DNA of 64,000 bases from Massalongia carnosa (Eukaryota): contig OZ287082.1 in NCBI GenBank assembly GCA_965645245.1, positions 1,426,001-1,490,000 on the forward strand, given 5' to 3'. Below, piece after piece: positions 37,606-47,968 of the stretch (its first letter is position 1; each line of letters opens with the position of its first letter). The position numbers and the translations under genes were made by a program. The notes beneath the pieces are model-generated. The model was not told where the DNA came from and did not search any database. It saw nothing but the letters and a program-made list of their open reading frames with translations.

Positions 37606-39062
37606 GATACGAAAGGGGAGTTTGGTTTGGGGGATTGATTCGAGAGGAAAGAATTTGAATTGATGATCAGTTGGGTCGGAGAAATAATTTTCAAGCTATG
37701 TACGGTATCGGCTGATTTTTAATCAATGTGGTTGTTGGTCAATAATCAAAAAGGTGAAGAAATTTGAATTTGGGGGGATGCAACCGGTCGGATCCCGGAG
37801 GTAAGCGAGCCGACGATTATTTCAATTAGTTTTATTATAAAGTTCTCATTGCCAAAAAAATCTTTAATATTACGGTTTTGATCATATCAATGTAACAAGG
37901 GTGATAATAAGTCATCTAAGTCACTGAGTTCAAAAGGCTACTATGACAGTTCTCCTATGAAGACACTACCGCTTGTTACACCACATATAGGTGCCCCGCG
38001 CCCGGTACGTCACAGTACCTACCTACCTTCGGCGCTCATGTATTGCGCCCGCTGGCTAGCAGTGCTGCGTACCGCTGTAACAATCAATACACCCCCTGGT
38101 TTCCGCGAGCCCACCTACCCCAGAGGCGAACCGAGCGATGTGGGTGGCACGGATAGGGTTCGCCACAAACGGGTTGGGTTTTCAGTACGAAGTACGGAGT
38201 ACTTCGTAGAGAAACCCGACTCGTTGCGCGGCGTATGTAGTGTAACTGCTACTAGCTTGTACGCACCCTGGATGAGTAGTAAATTTGTTGTTTACTAGTA
38301 AAGACTTACACAAGGGGGACTGTCCCTAAGCATCTCGAAACCAGCACACCTGCACACTAGCACACAGGCAAGTGTTGGTGTTATGCTAAATGTTAGCCTA
38401 ACGGAAAAGGTCAGGCAACTGATGACTGCTTAACCGGAGGAGGCTTAGAATAGATTAGCCAGTGGGTGTTCATAAACACCCAGCATCAACACAGTTCACA
38501 GGCACCGGGCACGAGGCACGAGGCTTGACGCACGAAGCGCGAGGCACGATAGATAATAATCGAAATATTCGTATATGCACCAAGTGATTAATTCACCTCA
38601 ACAAGAGTCTCGCCGTCAGCATATCTATGGCGTAGACATATGCTCTCATGATCATTTGATCCGACGATGTATCAGAATCATAGGCTCTATATGATCGTAT
38701 GCACGAGTGGATACCAGAGCCCACGCTTTTTTTAGATTTTGAGGTGTTATACCATTTGCGTAATGGCGTGCCGAACTTTAAACTTTGAAATCGTGGGTGC
38801 AGAATAAATAAAACAAAGGCAATCAATACTCCTAATTATCTTCTATATCATCCTATGTTTCTCCTATTAACCTCCTGTTTGTTGCGTCTAGGCAAGATTA
38901 TACGAGTGTTGAAAGATGTTGATTAAATGAGCAAGTCTGCTCGCCTATATAAGCTTAAAATACGCTAGTCTCAATTGAGACTTCCCATAAAGGGAGCTAC
39001 GACTATAGTCATAATACCATAATACCATAGCTATAACAGATGCCGATAAAAAAGCAAAAATG

Positions 39063-42000
39063 TTAGCGACCTCGCTGACGCCCTCTACCCCTTCTAACGT
39101 TGCCTTCTCTGGGTAGTCCAGCTTCGTATTCGTCGACCAATTCTTTGCAGTCCTTTAAGTCCTCTAGTTTGTACCAACCGTTATGTTCATGACCATAGCC
39201 TTTCCATTTGACAAGGTATTGATTTTTACCCCTTGTTATCCTTTTATTTAGTAGCTTTTCTACCTCGTAGGCCGGATCCTGAACCTCGCCCTCTTCCTCT
39301 ACAGGCGGGGGTTCTGGATTAGATAATCTACCGTATGGGTCTGGACCGGTATGAGGTTCGAGCTGAGCTATGGATATCACTGGATGTATTTTCATTGATG
39401 GAGGTAACTCTAACCGATACGCCAGATTGCCTACCTTCTCCAGGACTTTAAACGGACCTACTCTCTGATAGGAGAGCTTTCTATTGGAAAGACCCGGAAT
39501 AGTGTATCCATGATGAAGTTTAAGAAAGGCCTTGTCTCCTATTGCTATTGGTTTGTGTGACTTGTCGTATCTAATTTTCGACATGGCTGAGGCGAAGGCC
39601 ATGGCGGAATCAGCTTCCTCTCTTTTGATCATACGTAGTCTGCCGAAGTCTTCTGCTGGGAGGTCTGACAGCAGACTGACAGAGTCATTGACCTTGAAAC
39701 CGTAAAGCAATTCATTTGGAGCGAAGCCGGTTGAAACATTAACGGCATTATTCATACTGGTTTGAATGAAGGGTAATATACTGACCCAGTCATTGGTTTC
39801 TCCAGTAGTAAGATGATAGCGTAGGGCAATCTCAATCGTCTGATTAGTGCGCTCCGATTGCCCATCGGTCTGCGGGTGATAGGCGGTGGAGGTAAGCATG
39901 GCTACTTTTAGCTTGGAGAATATTGTTTTCCAGAAGGATGACATGAACTTGGCATCTCTGTCACTGATGATTGCGCGTGGGATTCCCCAATCATGTTGTA
40001 AGAGCGCCACTATGACTATGTTGGCCCATTGGACTGCGTCATAAGTGGTCTTTCCTTGTAGCAATAGCACCTTTTTTGAGAACTTATCAGTGATGGTGAG
40101 AAGACTGTCATACCAGTCTGGAGGCGTCCCTGGTAATGCCACTATGAAATCCATTGCTATGGTGTGGAAGGGCATAGCCGGAGTGACAATGGGATTGAGT
40201 TCTCCATATGGTGCGTGCCTCTTGGTTTGGTTCAACTGACATTCCGGACAATGCGCTATGTACGTTCTCAACCTTTTATTGAGGTGACGTATGTAGATCG
40301 AGTTAACTATCCGATCATAGGTTCTATGAAAGCCACCATGACTGGTCCTGTCATGAGCTTGCCTGAAGATCTCCTCCTCTAGGGAAGCGGGTATACATAA
40401 TCGCTCTCGCCCATCGTCGGCTGATACGTAGTATAATAATCCATTTCTATAGCGAAAGCGAATTCCAATGCGGGAGCCTTCTGGTGGGATGGAATTGTCG
40501 TTCGTCAATTCGGTTGCCTCGCCTTCGTTGATTGAGGACAGGTCGCTCTCCTTTGGTTTTATTAGGTTTAAAATCTTTTCCCAATATTCGTCATCATCGT
40601 ATGCTTTTTTGAGCCTATTTTTGAACTCATCCGCCATTTCTACCAGTGTGACGTGATAGGCTACGGGAGCTAGGTCTGGTAGTAGGGAACTTAGCTCATG
40701 CTGAGCCAAGTTAACCGGGCATCCATACAAGGCTTCCAGTTCGCCTATCTTTTCAGCTGTAGATACGTCTGCTTGAAGGCGTGATAGGGCATCCGGGACG
40801 ATGTTGGTTTTACCAGATTTGTGACGCAGAGTAAGATTGAATCCAGACAAGTACTGTGACGCCCGAACGAGTCTTAAGTTAAGCTTATCAGTGCTCGATG
40901 TAGTCATACTGGTTTGACGGGAGATGGGAATAGCGGCCGAGTGATCAGTGTATATGATGGTAGGTGGGCATTCTGTCGATTCTATCATGTGCCTGATTTT
41001 TCGTACAACCCATACTATGCCGGCAATCTCTAGTTCAGTCGGCCAGTAGTTCTTCTCGGCGGAGTTGAGGCACCTGCTAAGAAACATAATCGGTTCAATG
41101 TCAGCTAGGGCGGGATAAGCACTTGGAATGATGAGAATATCGCCTTTGACATGATAGATTATAGCGGCGAATCCCCAGGATTTCGAGGCATCTAGGTCCA
41201 CATAAAGACGGCGTTTGGGGCTGAAATGAACCAGAAATCTAGGAGACCTGAACGCGTCTTGCAAATCCTTGAAGGCTAGCACTTCCTCTGTGGTCGGGTC
41301 ATAGAAGAATACTCGAATAGAGTGCCGTTTACGGGCAGGACCCTTGGAACTGACCGGGAGCGTACGTGTTAGCGCGGTTTTTCGTTCTTGAAGAGGATTT
41401 GCTCTTTGAGCGTATCGCGGGATAGACGTCCGCAACCACCCGGTGAGTCCAAGGAATATTTCTAAGTCTCGTAGATTGATTGGGAACAACAGAGACGTAA
41501 TAGCGGCTATTTTTTCTTCTGATGTTGACATTCCCAAGGAGTCCACGCGCTGACCGAGTAGTATGACGGATGGATAACCCAGAAATGACTTGGAAGGTGC
41601 TAGACTGACTCGTTTGAGTCGAAACGTGTCAAACAGCTGTCGTAAATGAGCTACGTGCTCTTTCAGAGTGCTGCTGAATATAATGATGTCGTCCATAAAA
41701 GCTCTAGCGAATTTACGGTACGGCCGTAGCAGCCTGTCAGTTTGTCGTTGAACATAGGGTGGAGTTCCTTTATATCCCATTAAGGCTACTCCGAATTCCT
41801 CTTGTCCCCTATGACTAACAACGGTAAGTTTGTGCCGATCCTTGTGTTGAACACTAAACTGGTAGAACCAGCCCACTGCGTCCACCGTACTGATATAAGG
41901 GTAACCGGAGACCGCTGCGATGATATCGCTTTGTAAAGGCAAGGGATAGCTATCTATTTCCGTAATGTCATTTAGTCCTCTGATATCTATGACTACTCTA

Positions 42001-43379
42001 CCCTTTCGTCCACTTGGAGTATCCTTCCACACTACGAAGCATGGATAGCTGAACGTTGTAGGTTGAGTGGTGAACTTAAGTTTTCCCTGTTCCTGAAGCT
42101 TATCAAAAGTTGTGTCGATACATTCTTTATCTCTTTGTCCTACCGGGTACACCTTCGCGGGCGGTTTTGGTACGACACCTGATTTCAGGTTGATGGGCAT
42201 CCATTCTTCCTCCGGAATGTCCACGGTCGTACCCTGATCGATGAACACATCTTGGTATTCGGTGACAAGGTCAGAGAGCGGTTGATTCATACCGATATGG
42301 CCATAAACGGTAACTCCGTTAAATAGCTTCATCTCCATATCGGGAGCTATAACTGAGGTGGGTTTTATCGAAGTGGTGGTATCAACACCGATTGTGCCAC
42401 TAGATGATACGGATGTGGCATAAGCCGTAGCCATTAAGGCCGCTCCCTTTGTGATTAATGATCTTATAGATCTTCCAGTCTTCCATCCTGACGTAGCTAG
42501 ATGGGCTTCCGCTGGTAATGTCATGTAGCATCCATGGTGCGTGTATTCTACCACTGATCCTAGGCGAGCTCTCTTCGGAAGAACCACCGGAGTGCTGGTA
42601 GCGTTATGAATGTTTACCCATGATAGGTCAGTGTCTACTATGTGGGCGAAAACGCCTCCCTCATGCCCCAAGTCATGACTGGCTGCAAGCTGTGGTTCGA
42701 AGAGAAAATCTCTGTCATCTGGTAACTGTCCATTGAAAGTGACTGGTACGCGCATGGTCGTTCCAGGAAGAACAGTGAAGGCATTCTTAGATCGGATCGT
42801 GCGCTTGATGTGTGGAGCAACACGGGCACGACTGTTGATGGGTATCTTGATGCCCTTGCAACTATCGATCGTCATGATCTGCTTCCCTAAGTCTAAGGTC
42901 ATACCTTGAGGCGTCATGACGTCGTTTCCTATGAGTAGATTGACTTTCAGGTCATCTACTATGTGGACCTCGATGATTATTACGCCGGTAGCAGGACCAT
43001 CCTTGGAGATTCCATCAAGATTTACCTGTACAAGAGCTACTTCATCTGTTCTTACCTCGTCTTTACCTACTCCACGAATAGGAACCGGAGATGCCATTCT
43101 AGTGATGACGAGATCCGGAACATGCTTCTGTAGATAAGCACGATCTCCCATAGTAACCGAAGTTCCGGAATCCAAGCATATTTCTGACATCAGAGCGGAG
43201 CTTCCATAGGATACTTGAGCGGTAGCATAGTGATAACCTTGAAAGGCATATCCAACACCCTTGGTTTTATCAGGGCTGATAGTTGACATTATTTTCTGTC
43301 TAAGATCGGTAGAGGAGGGTGATGTTTTTACGACCGCTAAGTTAGGTGAAAGCTTATCCTTGGCGACTGTAGTCATCAT
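39063..43379 (-). CDS. Gypsy Pol (protease, RT, RNase H, integrase, chromodomain)
   Basis: CLDSG protease; AFMDDII RT; DLDAS/TDH RNase H; HGGFH..CPEC, MDF, SDRD and GQSER integrase; GPF; YEVEKLL..YLVKWKGY chromodomain. Confidence 0.95.
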   Translation of the reverse strand: MMTTVAKDKLSPNLAVVKTSPSSTDLRQKIMSTISPDKTKGVGYAFQGYHYATAQVSYGSSALMSEICLDSGTSVTMGDRAYLQKHVPDLVITRMASPVPIRGVGKDEVRTDEVALVQVNLDGISKDGPATGVIIIEVHIVDDLKVNLLIGNDVMTPQGMTLDLGKQIMTIDSCKGIKIPINSRARVAPHIKRTIRSKNAFTVLPGTTMRVPVTFNGQLPDDRDFLFEPQLAASHDLGHEGGVFAHIVDTDLSWVNIHNATSTPVVLPKRARLGSVVEYTHHGCYMTLPAEAHLATSGWKTGRSIRSLITKGAALMATAYATSVSSSGTIGVDTTTSIKPTSVIAPDMEMKLFNGVTVYGHIGMNQPLSDLVTEYQDVFIDQGTTVDIPEEEWMPINLKSGVVPKPPAKVYPVGQRDKECIDTTFDKLQEQGKLKFTTQPTTFSYPCFVVWKDTPSGRKGRVVIDIRGLNDITEIDSYPLPLQSDIIAAVSGYPYISTVDAVGWFYQFSVQHKDRHKLTVVSHRGQEEFGVALMGYKGTPPYVQRQTDRLLRPYRKFARAFMDDIIIFSSTLKEHVAHLRQLFDTFRLKRVSLAPSKSFLGYPSVILLGQRVDSLGMSTSEEKIAAITSLLFPINLRDLEIFLGLTGWLRTSIPRYAQRANPLQERKTALTRTLPVSSKGPARKRHSIRVFFYDPTTEEVLAFKDLQDAFRSPRFLVHFSPKRRLYVDLDASKSWGFAAIIYHVKGDILIIPSAYPALADIEPIMFLSRCLNSAEKNYWPTELEIAGIVWVVRKIRHMIESTECPPTIIYTDHSAAIPISRQTSMTTSSTDKLNLRLVRASQYLSGFNLTLRHKSGKTNIVPDALSRLQADVSTAEKIGELEALYGCPVNLAQHELSSLLPDLAPVAYHVTLVEMADEFKNRLKKAYDDDEYWEKILNLIKPKESDLSSINEGEATELTNDNSIPPEGSRIGIRFRYRNGLLYYVSADDGRERLCIPASLEEEIFRQAHDRTSHGGFHRTYDRIVNSIYIRHLNKRLRTYIAHCPECQLNQTKRHAPYGELNPIVTPAMPFHTIAMDFIVALPGTPPDWYDSLLTITDKFSKKVLLLQGKTTYDAVQWANIVIVALLQHDWGIPRAIISDRDAKFMSSFWKTIFSKLKVAMLTSTAYHPQTDGQSERTNQTIEIALRYHLTTGETNDWVSILPFIQTSMNNAVNVSTGFAPNELLYGFKVNDSVSLLSDLPAEDFGRLRMIKREEADSAMAFASAMSKIRYDKSHKPIAIGDKAFLKLHHGYTIPGLSNRKLSYQRVGPFKVLEKVGNLAYRLELPPSMKIHPVISIAQLEPHTGPDPYGRLSNPEPPPVEEEGEVQDPAYEVEKLLNKRITRGKNQYLVKWKGYGHEHNGWYKLEDLKDCKELVDEYEAGLPREGNVRRGRGRQRGR

Positions 43380-43390
43380 GCTGACTGTAG

Positions 43391-45517
43391 TCAGCGTATC
43401 CTCCGTTTGAGACCAGCAGTCCTTTCGTAGATGGCGAAATAGTTTATTCCTTGATGAGAAGGAGGCCGCACATCTTGTGCAGAGAAAATACTTGGTTCGA
43501 CCGGAACAACAAAATTTGATGTTTCCTCATACTGGTATGGGTACTCTTCTTCCGAAAACTCCTGCTCGTTCCGTTCTTCTGCAAAGTGTGTTCCTAGCTC
43601 TTTCTCGTAGTTCCCGTAATCATCCTCGAGCTCCTCTGAGACCGAAGTCTGATATGCCTTCTGTTGAGGTCTTACGTGGTCAGACCAAGTACCACGATTA
43701 GACCCTGGTTGCTGCTGCGGGTTCGTCATGGGACGAAGAGGTTGTCTAGGACCTCCGGGTGCGTTTGAAGGTACGTCCGCGATCTGAGGACGTTGGAACT
43801 GATTGGAGGGTACAGAAGCTGGGGCTCTTGCGTTTACGTTGGATAGGTTGTTCTGATAGCGAGGATCTTGTCGTGTCTGTTGTGAATATCCGTTGTGTTG
43901 GAAGCCACCATTGGGTATACCCAGATATCTTTTGTCGAAGTATCCCTGTAATTGCTGAGGCATGTAAGTCTGACCAGTTTGCGGAATACGATAAGATTCC
44001 CTATAAGGAAACTGATCCTGATCCTGAAAAAGCGACTTTTTCTGTTGAAAAGGCGCTTGAAAAGGCCGTTGAAATGAACGAGAAAGAGACTGAGAAGGTC
44101 CTCCTCTTGTTTCGAACTTACTAGGTTGAATACGAGTGACCGGATGAGAGCGAGGTGCCTTGGCCCGAGCCCACCAGTCATGCTTACACTCATCCATGTC
44201 CTGAAGAAATTCGCTCAAGGTAGTGCCTTCCTTAGGCCTACGAAGGTCGCTTTGTCGCACCTCATTGTCTATACCGTTATAGATAATGTCCAACTGATTC
44301 TGCACACTGGTCATACCAGCATCCTTCGCAGATCGAAGCATCTTTTGGGCATACTCGCGTGGTTCCCGTCGATTAGCCGCGTCACGAATGGTGTACTTCT
44401 CATGTAAGATGGCATCCATAGCTATGTTGGATGGCTGCTGGAACCTCCGTAAGAGTAACCTCTCCCATTGGCCTATCGATGTGTCTCGGCTGCCTGCTAG
44501 CTTGGTCATCTCCCGCTTATCGTCATCCAACTCACTGTGCCACCACTCCAATGCTTCGTCCTGTAAACACATCCACAGATTATTTCTCACTACGGCAGCA
44601 CCCTTGGTGATGGCCATTTCCTTAGCCCTCTGGACAAAGAGATGAACGTCTCGGAAGTAAGTCTTGGTACCGTCATGTTCTATAGCGTTCCCGGTGCTGA
44701 TAGACTTTTCATCGTAATTGGGATCAAAAAACCCTAACTCGGAAGATACCCAACGTGATTCTCCCCGAGGAGCACCAGCAATGGATCCTCCGTCCTCTGT
44801 GGACACACCAGGGTCAGGTGGGGAAGTTTTGGCAGCGGCAACGGCATATTTGGCTAGGGCATCTTCGACTGCCTTGTTGACCAAGGCTTCGATGTGAGCT
44901 TGGGATACAGTGGCTGCACTAGCGCTGGACCCGGCCATCTCTCTTGGTTCGATGGGTTGAGGAGTAGTGCTAGGGGGACGGTTAGTATTGTCGCGTTCCG
45001 CGAATGGCTGATAGGTTGGATGCTGTCTATGAGGCTTAGTTCTTATTCGATAGTCCTCGAAGACCGCTGTCCGGATGTCTTTTTCAGACCAGTTTGAAGG
45101 GTACGAGATAGTCTGAGAGCGTGTAACTGAACGGGTTCTGGCGCCAGAGCTTTCCGAGATCTCCCGTAAGCCTTCTGGTCGAGGAGAGACTGTAACCAGG
45201 TACTTGACAAAGCTTGCTATGCGAAGAGGTAGTTCTAAGGTCAAGCTGGGATGGTCCGCCAACAGGTCGTGGATCTGAAAGGTCAGAACGAGAAGATCCT
45301 CTTCCACGGGGATGGGGATGGAAGATGGAGCCAGGGTGATGGCTGTTCCAGTCAATGTACTGGTGGACAGGCACAGTAACACGGATGAAAGATAAGGTGA
45401 AAGATGTGCAGGATAGTAAGGTCGGATGTGAATGTCTGCTAAGGCAGACCGAGCTTGGTTGAGTTCCTCAGCAAACAACTGGTGCCGGAGGACTGGCGAT
45501 AGCTGAAGACGTATCAA
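43391..45517 (-). CDS. Gypsy Gag-like ORF (start codon uncertain)
   Basis: Long ORF between 5' LTR and pol; LGFFDP..FRDVHLFV..CLQDEALEWW gag-like segment. Confidence 0.75.
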   Translation of the reverse strand: MIRLQLSPVLRHQLFAEELNQARSALADIHIRPYYPAHLSPYLSSVLLCLSTSTLTGTAITLAPSSIPIPVEEDLLVLTFQIHDLLADHPSLTLELPLRIASFVKYLVTVSPRPEGLREISESSGARTRSVTRSQTISYPSNWSEKDIRTAVFEDYRIRTKPHRQHPTYQPFAERDNTNRPPSTTPQPIEPREMAGSSASAATVSQAHIEALVNKAVEDALAKYAVAAAKTSPPDPGVSTEDGGSIAGAPRGESRWVSSELGFFDPNYDEKSISTGNAIEHDGTKTYFRDVHLFVQRAKEMAITKGAAVVRNNLWMCLQDEALEWWHSELDDDKREMTKLAGSRDTSIGQWERLLLRRFQQPSNIAMDAILHEKYTIRDAANRREPREYAQKMLRSAKDAGMTSVQNQLDIIYNGIDNEVRQSDLRRPKEGTTLSEFLQDMDECKHDWWARAKAPRSHPVTRIQPSKFETRGGPSQSLSRSFQRPFQAPFQQKKSLFQDQDQFPYRESYRIPQTGQTYMPQQLQGYFDKRYLGIPNGGFQHNGYSQQTRQDPRYQNNLSNVNARAPASVPSNQFQRPQIADVPSNAPGGPRQPLRPMTNPQQQPGSNRGTWSDHVRPQQKAYQTSVSEELEDDYGNYEKELGTHFAEERNEQEFSEEEYPYQYEETSNFVVPVEPSIFSAQDVRPPSHQGINYFAIYERTAGLKRRIR

Positions 45518-46815
45518 TTGGTGTCTAGAAGCTATCGTACTGGAATCAAGAAATCAAAACAGTGCTACCATTGTTGCGTCTAGGCAAGATTATACGAGTG
45601 TTGAAAGATGTTGATTAAATGAGCAAGTCTGCTCGCCTATATAAGCTTAAAATACGCTAGTCTCAATTGAGACTTCCCATAAAGGGAGCTACGACTATAG
45701 TCATAATACCATAATACCATAGCTATAACACTGTTGCAGTCCTTCTCATGGTGTTTTTTGGATTTGTATCATCATTGCTAATTAATTAAACATGTTTGAT
45801 TTGATTTGATTATAAGTGATTACTTGAATAAATCATGATTTGTATGATGTTTTTGATTATAATCATGATAGAGGTTATGAAAGAAGGTATAAAAGAGGTA
45901 TACGAAGGTATGTACATAGGAGGTGAACAAGAGTGCTCACTGACTAATTTTCCTTTGCCTCTTTTTAAAGTTCAAAGTTTGGTTGCAAAGTTATCAGGCG
46001 ATTTTTTCGGAGTGCCTAATAATGCTTCGCTTTCAAATCTTCTCACCGCTGTTTTGAAACTTGCCTTTAGCGGAACGAGTCAGAAGTAGCTCATCTTTGC
46101 ATTGAAGATGCCTTAAAACGTGTTTTTTTCTGCCTAGACGTCCGAGGCTAATCTCAATTAGGCCATTGATCATAGATGCAAATCCAAATCATAAGAGAGA
46201 TACTAGGTCCTGCAAACCGGCGTTGTGACAATCTGCAGGGAAATTGTGTTTGCAGGCAAAGCCGAGACGACTGAAACAACTATCTTAAACTTCCTTTATT
46301 AACTAGTGTGCTGAGAGACTATGAATCATCGTCATTGGGTAGTAGTGCATAGTAGTGCAGGTGGCTGTCACTTTCCAGGGTAATATCAACTCATAAGAAG
46401 GTTTTTAATTATACCTTACGGAACGAGATGTTGAGTTAAATAGGTAGGTAATAGTATGTGTGGGAAGGATTGATTATTCTATCTAGGTGGCTATCTACTA
46501 TGTTTATATAGCTAGATAGATGAGAGATGAATAAGATAGAGAGCAGGCACAGCGGCAGGGTAGGTTTGCCTTGAATCTCCCTGCCGTACCACCTCATTAC
46601 CTAGCCGTGTGCGGATCACTTGAGACGTTATTCCCAAGCCGTTATGTTGCCGTCTGGCACGGCACATAGGATGGCTGTCTCATCTAACACGAGATAGGGT
46701 ATAGTAAGTAAAACTCGTGGACCAGTACCAGGGTTCGAATTTATAGACACAGCTAGGAACTAGGAGGCCTTCACGTTCGAGCCAACTGCTTCTCCAAAAG
46801 TCTCATAACGAAGTC

Positions 46816-47646
46816 ATGAAGGGAGAAACTTCCTCGTCGCCTGTTTCGGCTTTCATTCTCTTGGAGGTCTTGCTTTTTCTTCCCTTGATCTTCAACCCAG
46901 TCCGTTGTCGGAACATTATTTCTCTCTCTATCTTACTTGCACTCTTTTATCAAATTATCATGTCCACAACTGGAAGGCAGATTACTGACTGGTCTATTGG
47001 ACTGATTATTACTCCGCATCTGCTCAAGGCACTAGATTTACTTCTGCTCACAGGCGCAGAGCGAAGTTTAAGGCGTAATGAAGCGTTAAATGATGACCCA
47101 GCGGCTTTTGGCCTATTTAAGAAGACTATTTGCACCTTTGAACTGCGAACGTGGCATCAAACTTCGAGTCGGCCAATATCTAGCCTAGGTCTTTGGTTAA
47201 GGTAGAGGTTTCTTGGGCACCACAAGGATCAGGCTGTAGTGCCTACATCCCGTTGTGTGTTGGATTTGCAGCAGGCGGTGCAACTCACGCGATCACCGGC
47301 TTCATGGCCGGTGACCGCAAGGGATGGCACGATTTAAATGGCGCAGGAACTTTCTTTTTCAAGCAGCTTCTGGGGTGATGCTGGAGGATGCAGTATTCAC
47401 TGTTCTTAGACGAACTGGGGCTCTGAAGAATGATTGGAGAATAAGACACATGAATGGTGGAAAAAAACCTACGGTGCAACGAATAGTTACTGGAATTTCA
47501 AATCTTGGTCAGAAGCAGTGGGGTATCTCATAGTATTTTGCTGGCTTAGTTGGACAAAAACCCAATATTTAAAAGGCTTGCGGAGAGAAGGGATATTGGA
47601 AGCCAAACTTCTACCGTTCTCCATCGTAGATTGGGCACTAAGTTAG
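46816..47646 (+). pseudogene. MBOAT/wax-synthase-domain (Tri7-like) O-acyltransferase pseudogene
   Basis: Hydrophobic N-terminus with STTG..DWSIG; RTWHQ; F..GGATH; FFFKQ..LEDAV; VGY..V..WLSWT. Motifs are spread over different frames and the middle third appears deleted. Confidence 0.6.
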
Positions 47647-47968
47647 AAAGAAGAAACAACTCTATGCCAAAAAAGTAATAGAGTAAACATGCGATCACGG
47701 AACGACTGGTTGGTTAGTGGGACGTTGCCGAAACCGTAGTGAATAATGTTAATGTCAGATGGGATGCATGAACACAAACGCTGCACAGGTGAAACAAAGC
47801 GCGCAGAATCAGGCGTCTCTAACTAGCGTCGGTGAAGAGCATTCATCTAGAAGATAAGCCAGTAGCTCTTCTCCACCATCAAGCTTCTAACATTATTATT
47901 TCTTATTTCTCTGTATTATTGTCCCGTCGACTACATTACTTCTCTTTTCCTTTGGAGCCTGAGGAACA

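Larger units (their letters stand above)
35273..37817 (-). mobile_element. pogo/Fot1-type DNA transposon with long TIRs
   Basis: TA-flanked termini ATCGTCGGCTCGCTTACCTCCGGGATCCGAC on both ends, plus a further ~100-bp inverted match (35411-35510 vs ~37688-37787). Confidence 0.9.
38880..45730 (-). mobile_element. Ty3/Gypsy LTR retrotransposon with chromodomain, identical 159-bp LTRs
   Basis: LTRs 38880-39038 and 45572-45730 (TG..CA, identical by eye); TSD CTGTT. PBS-like TGGTAGCAC follows the 5' LTR on the minus strand. Confidence 0.95.

Noticed and set aside
37891..38560. TGTAACAAG...CTTGTTACA 90-bp inverted repeat and following GC-rich stretch as a MITE or LTR
   Set aside because: No TSD and no second copy in the window; boundaries cannot be defined.
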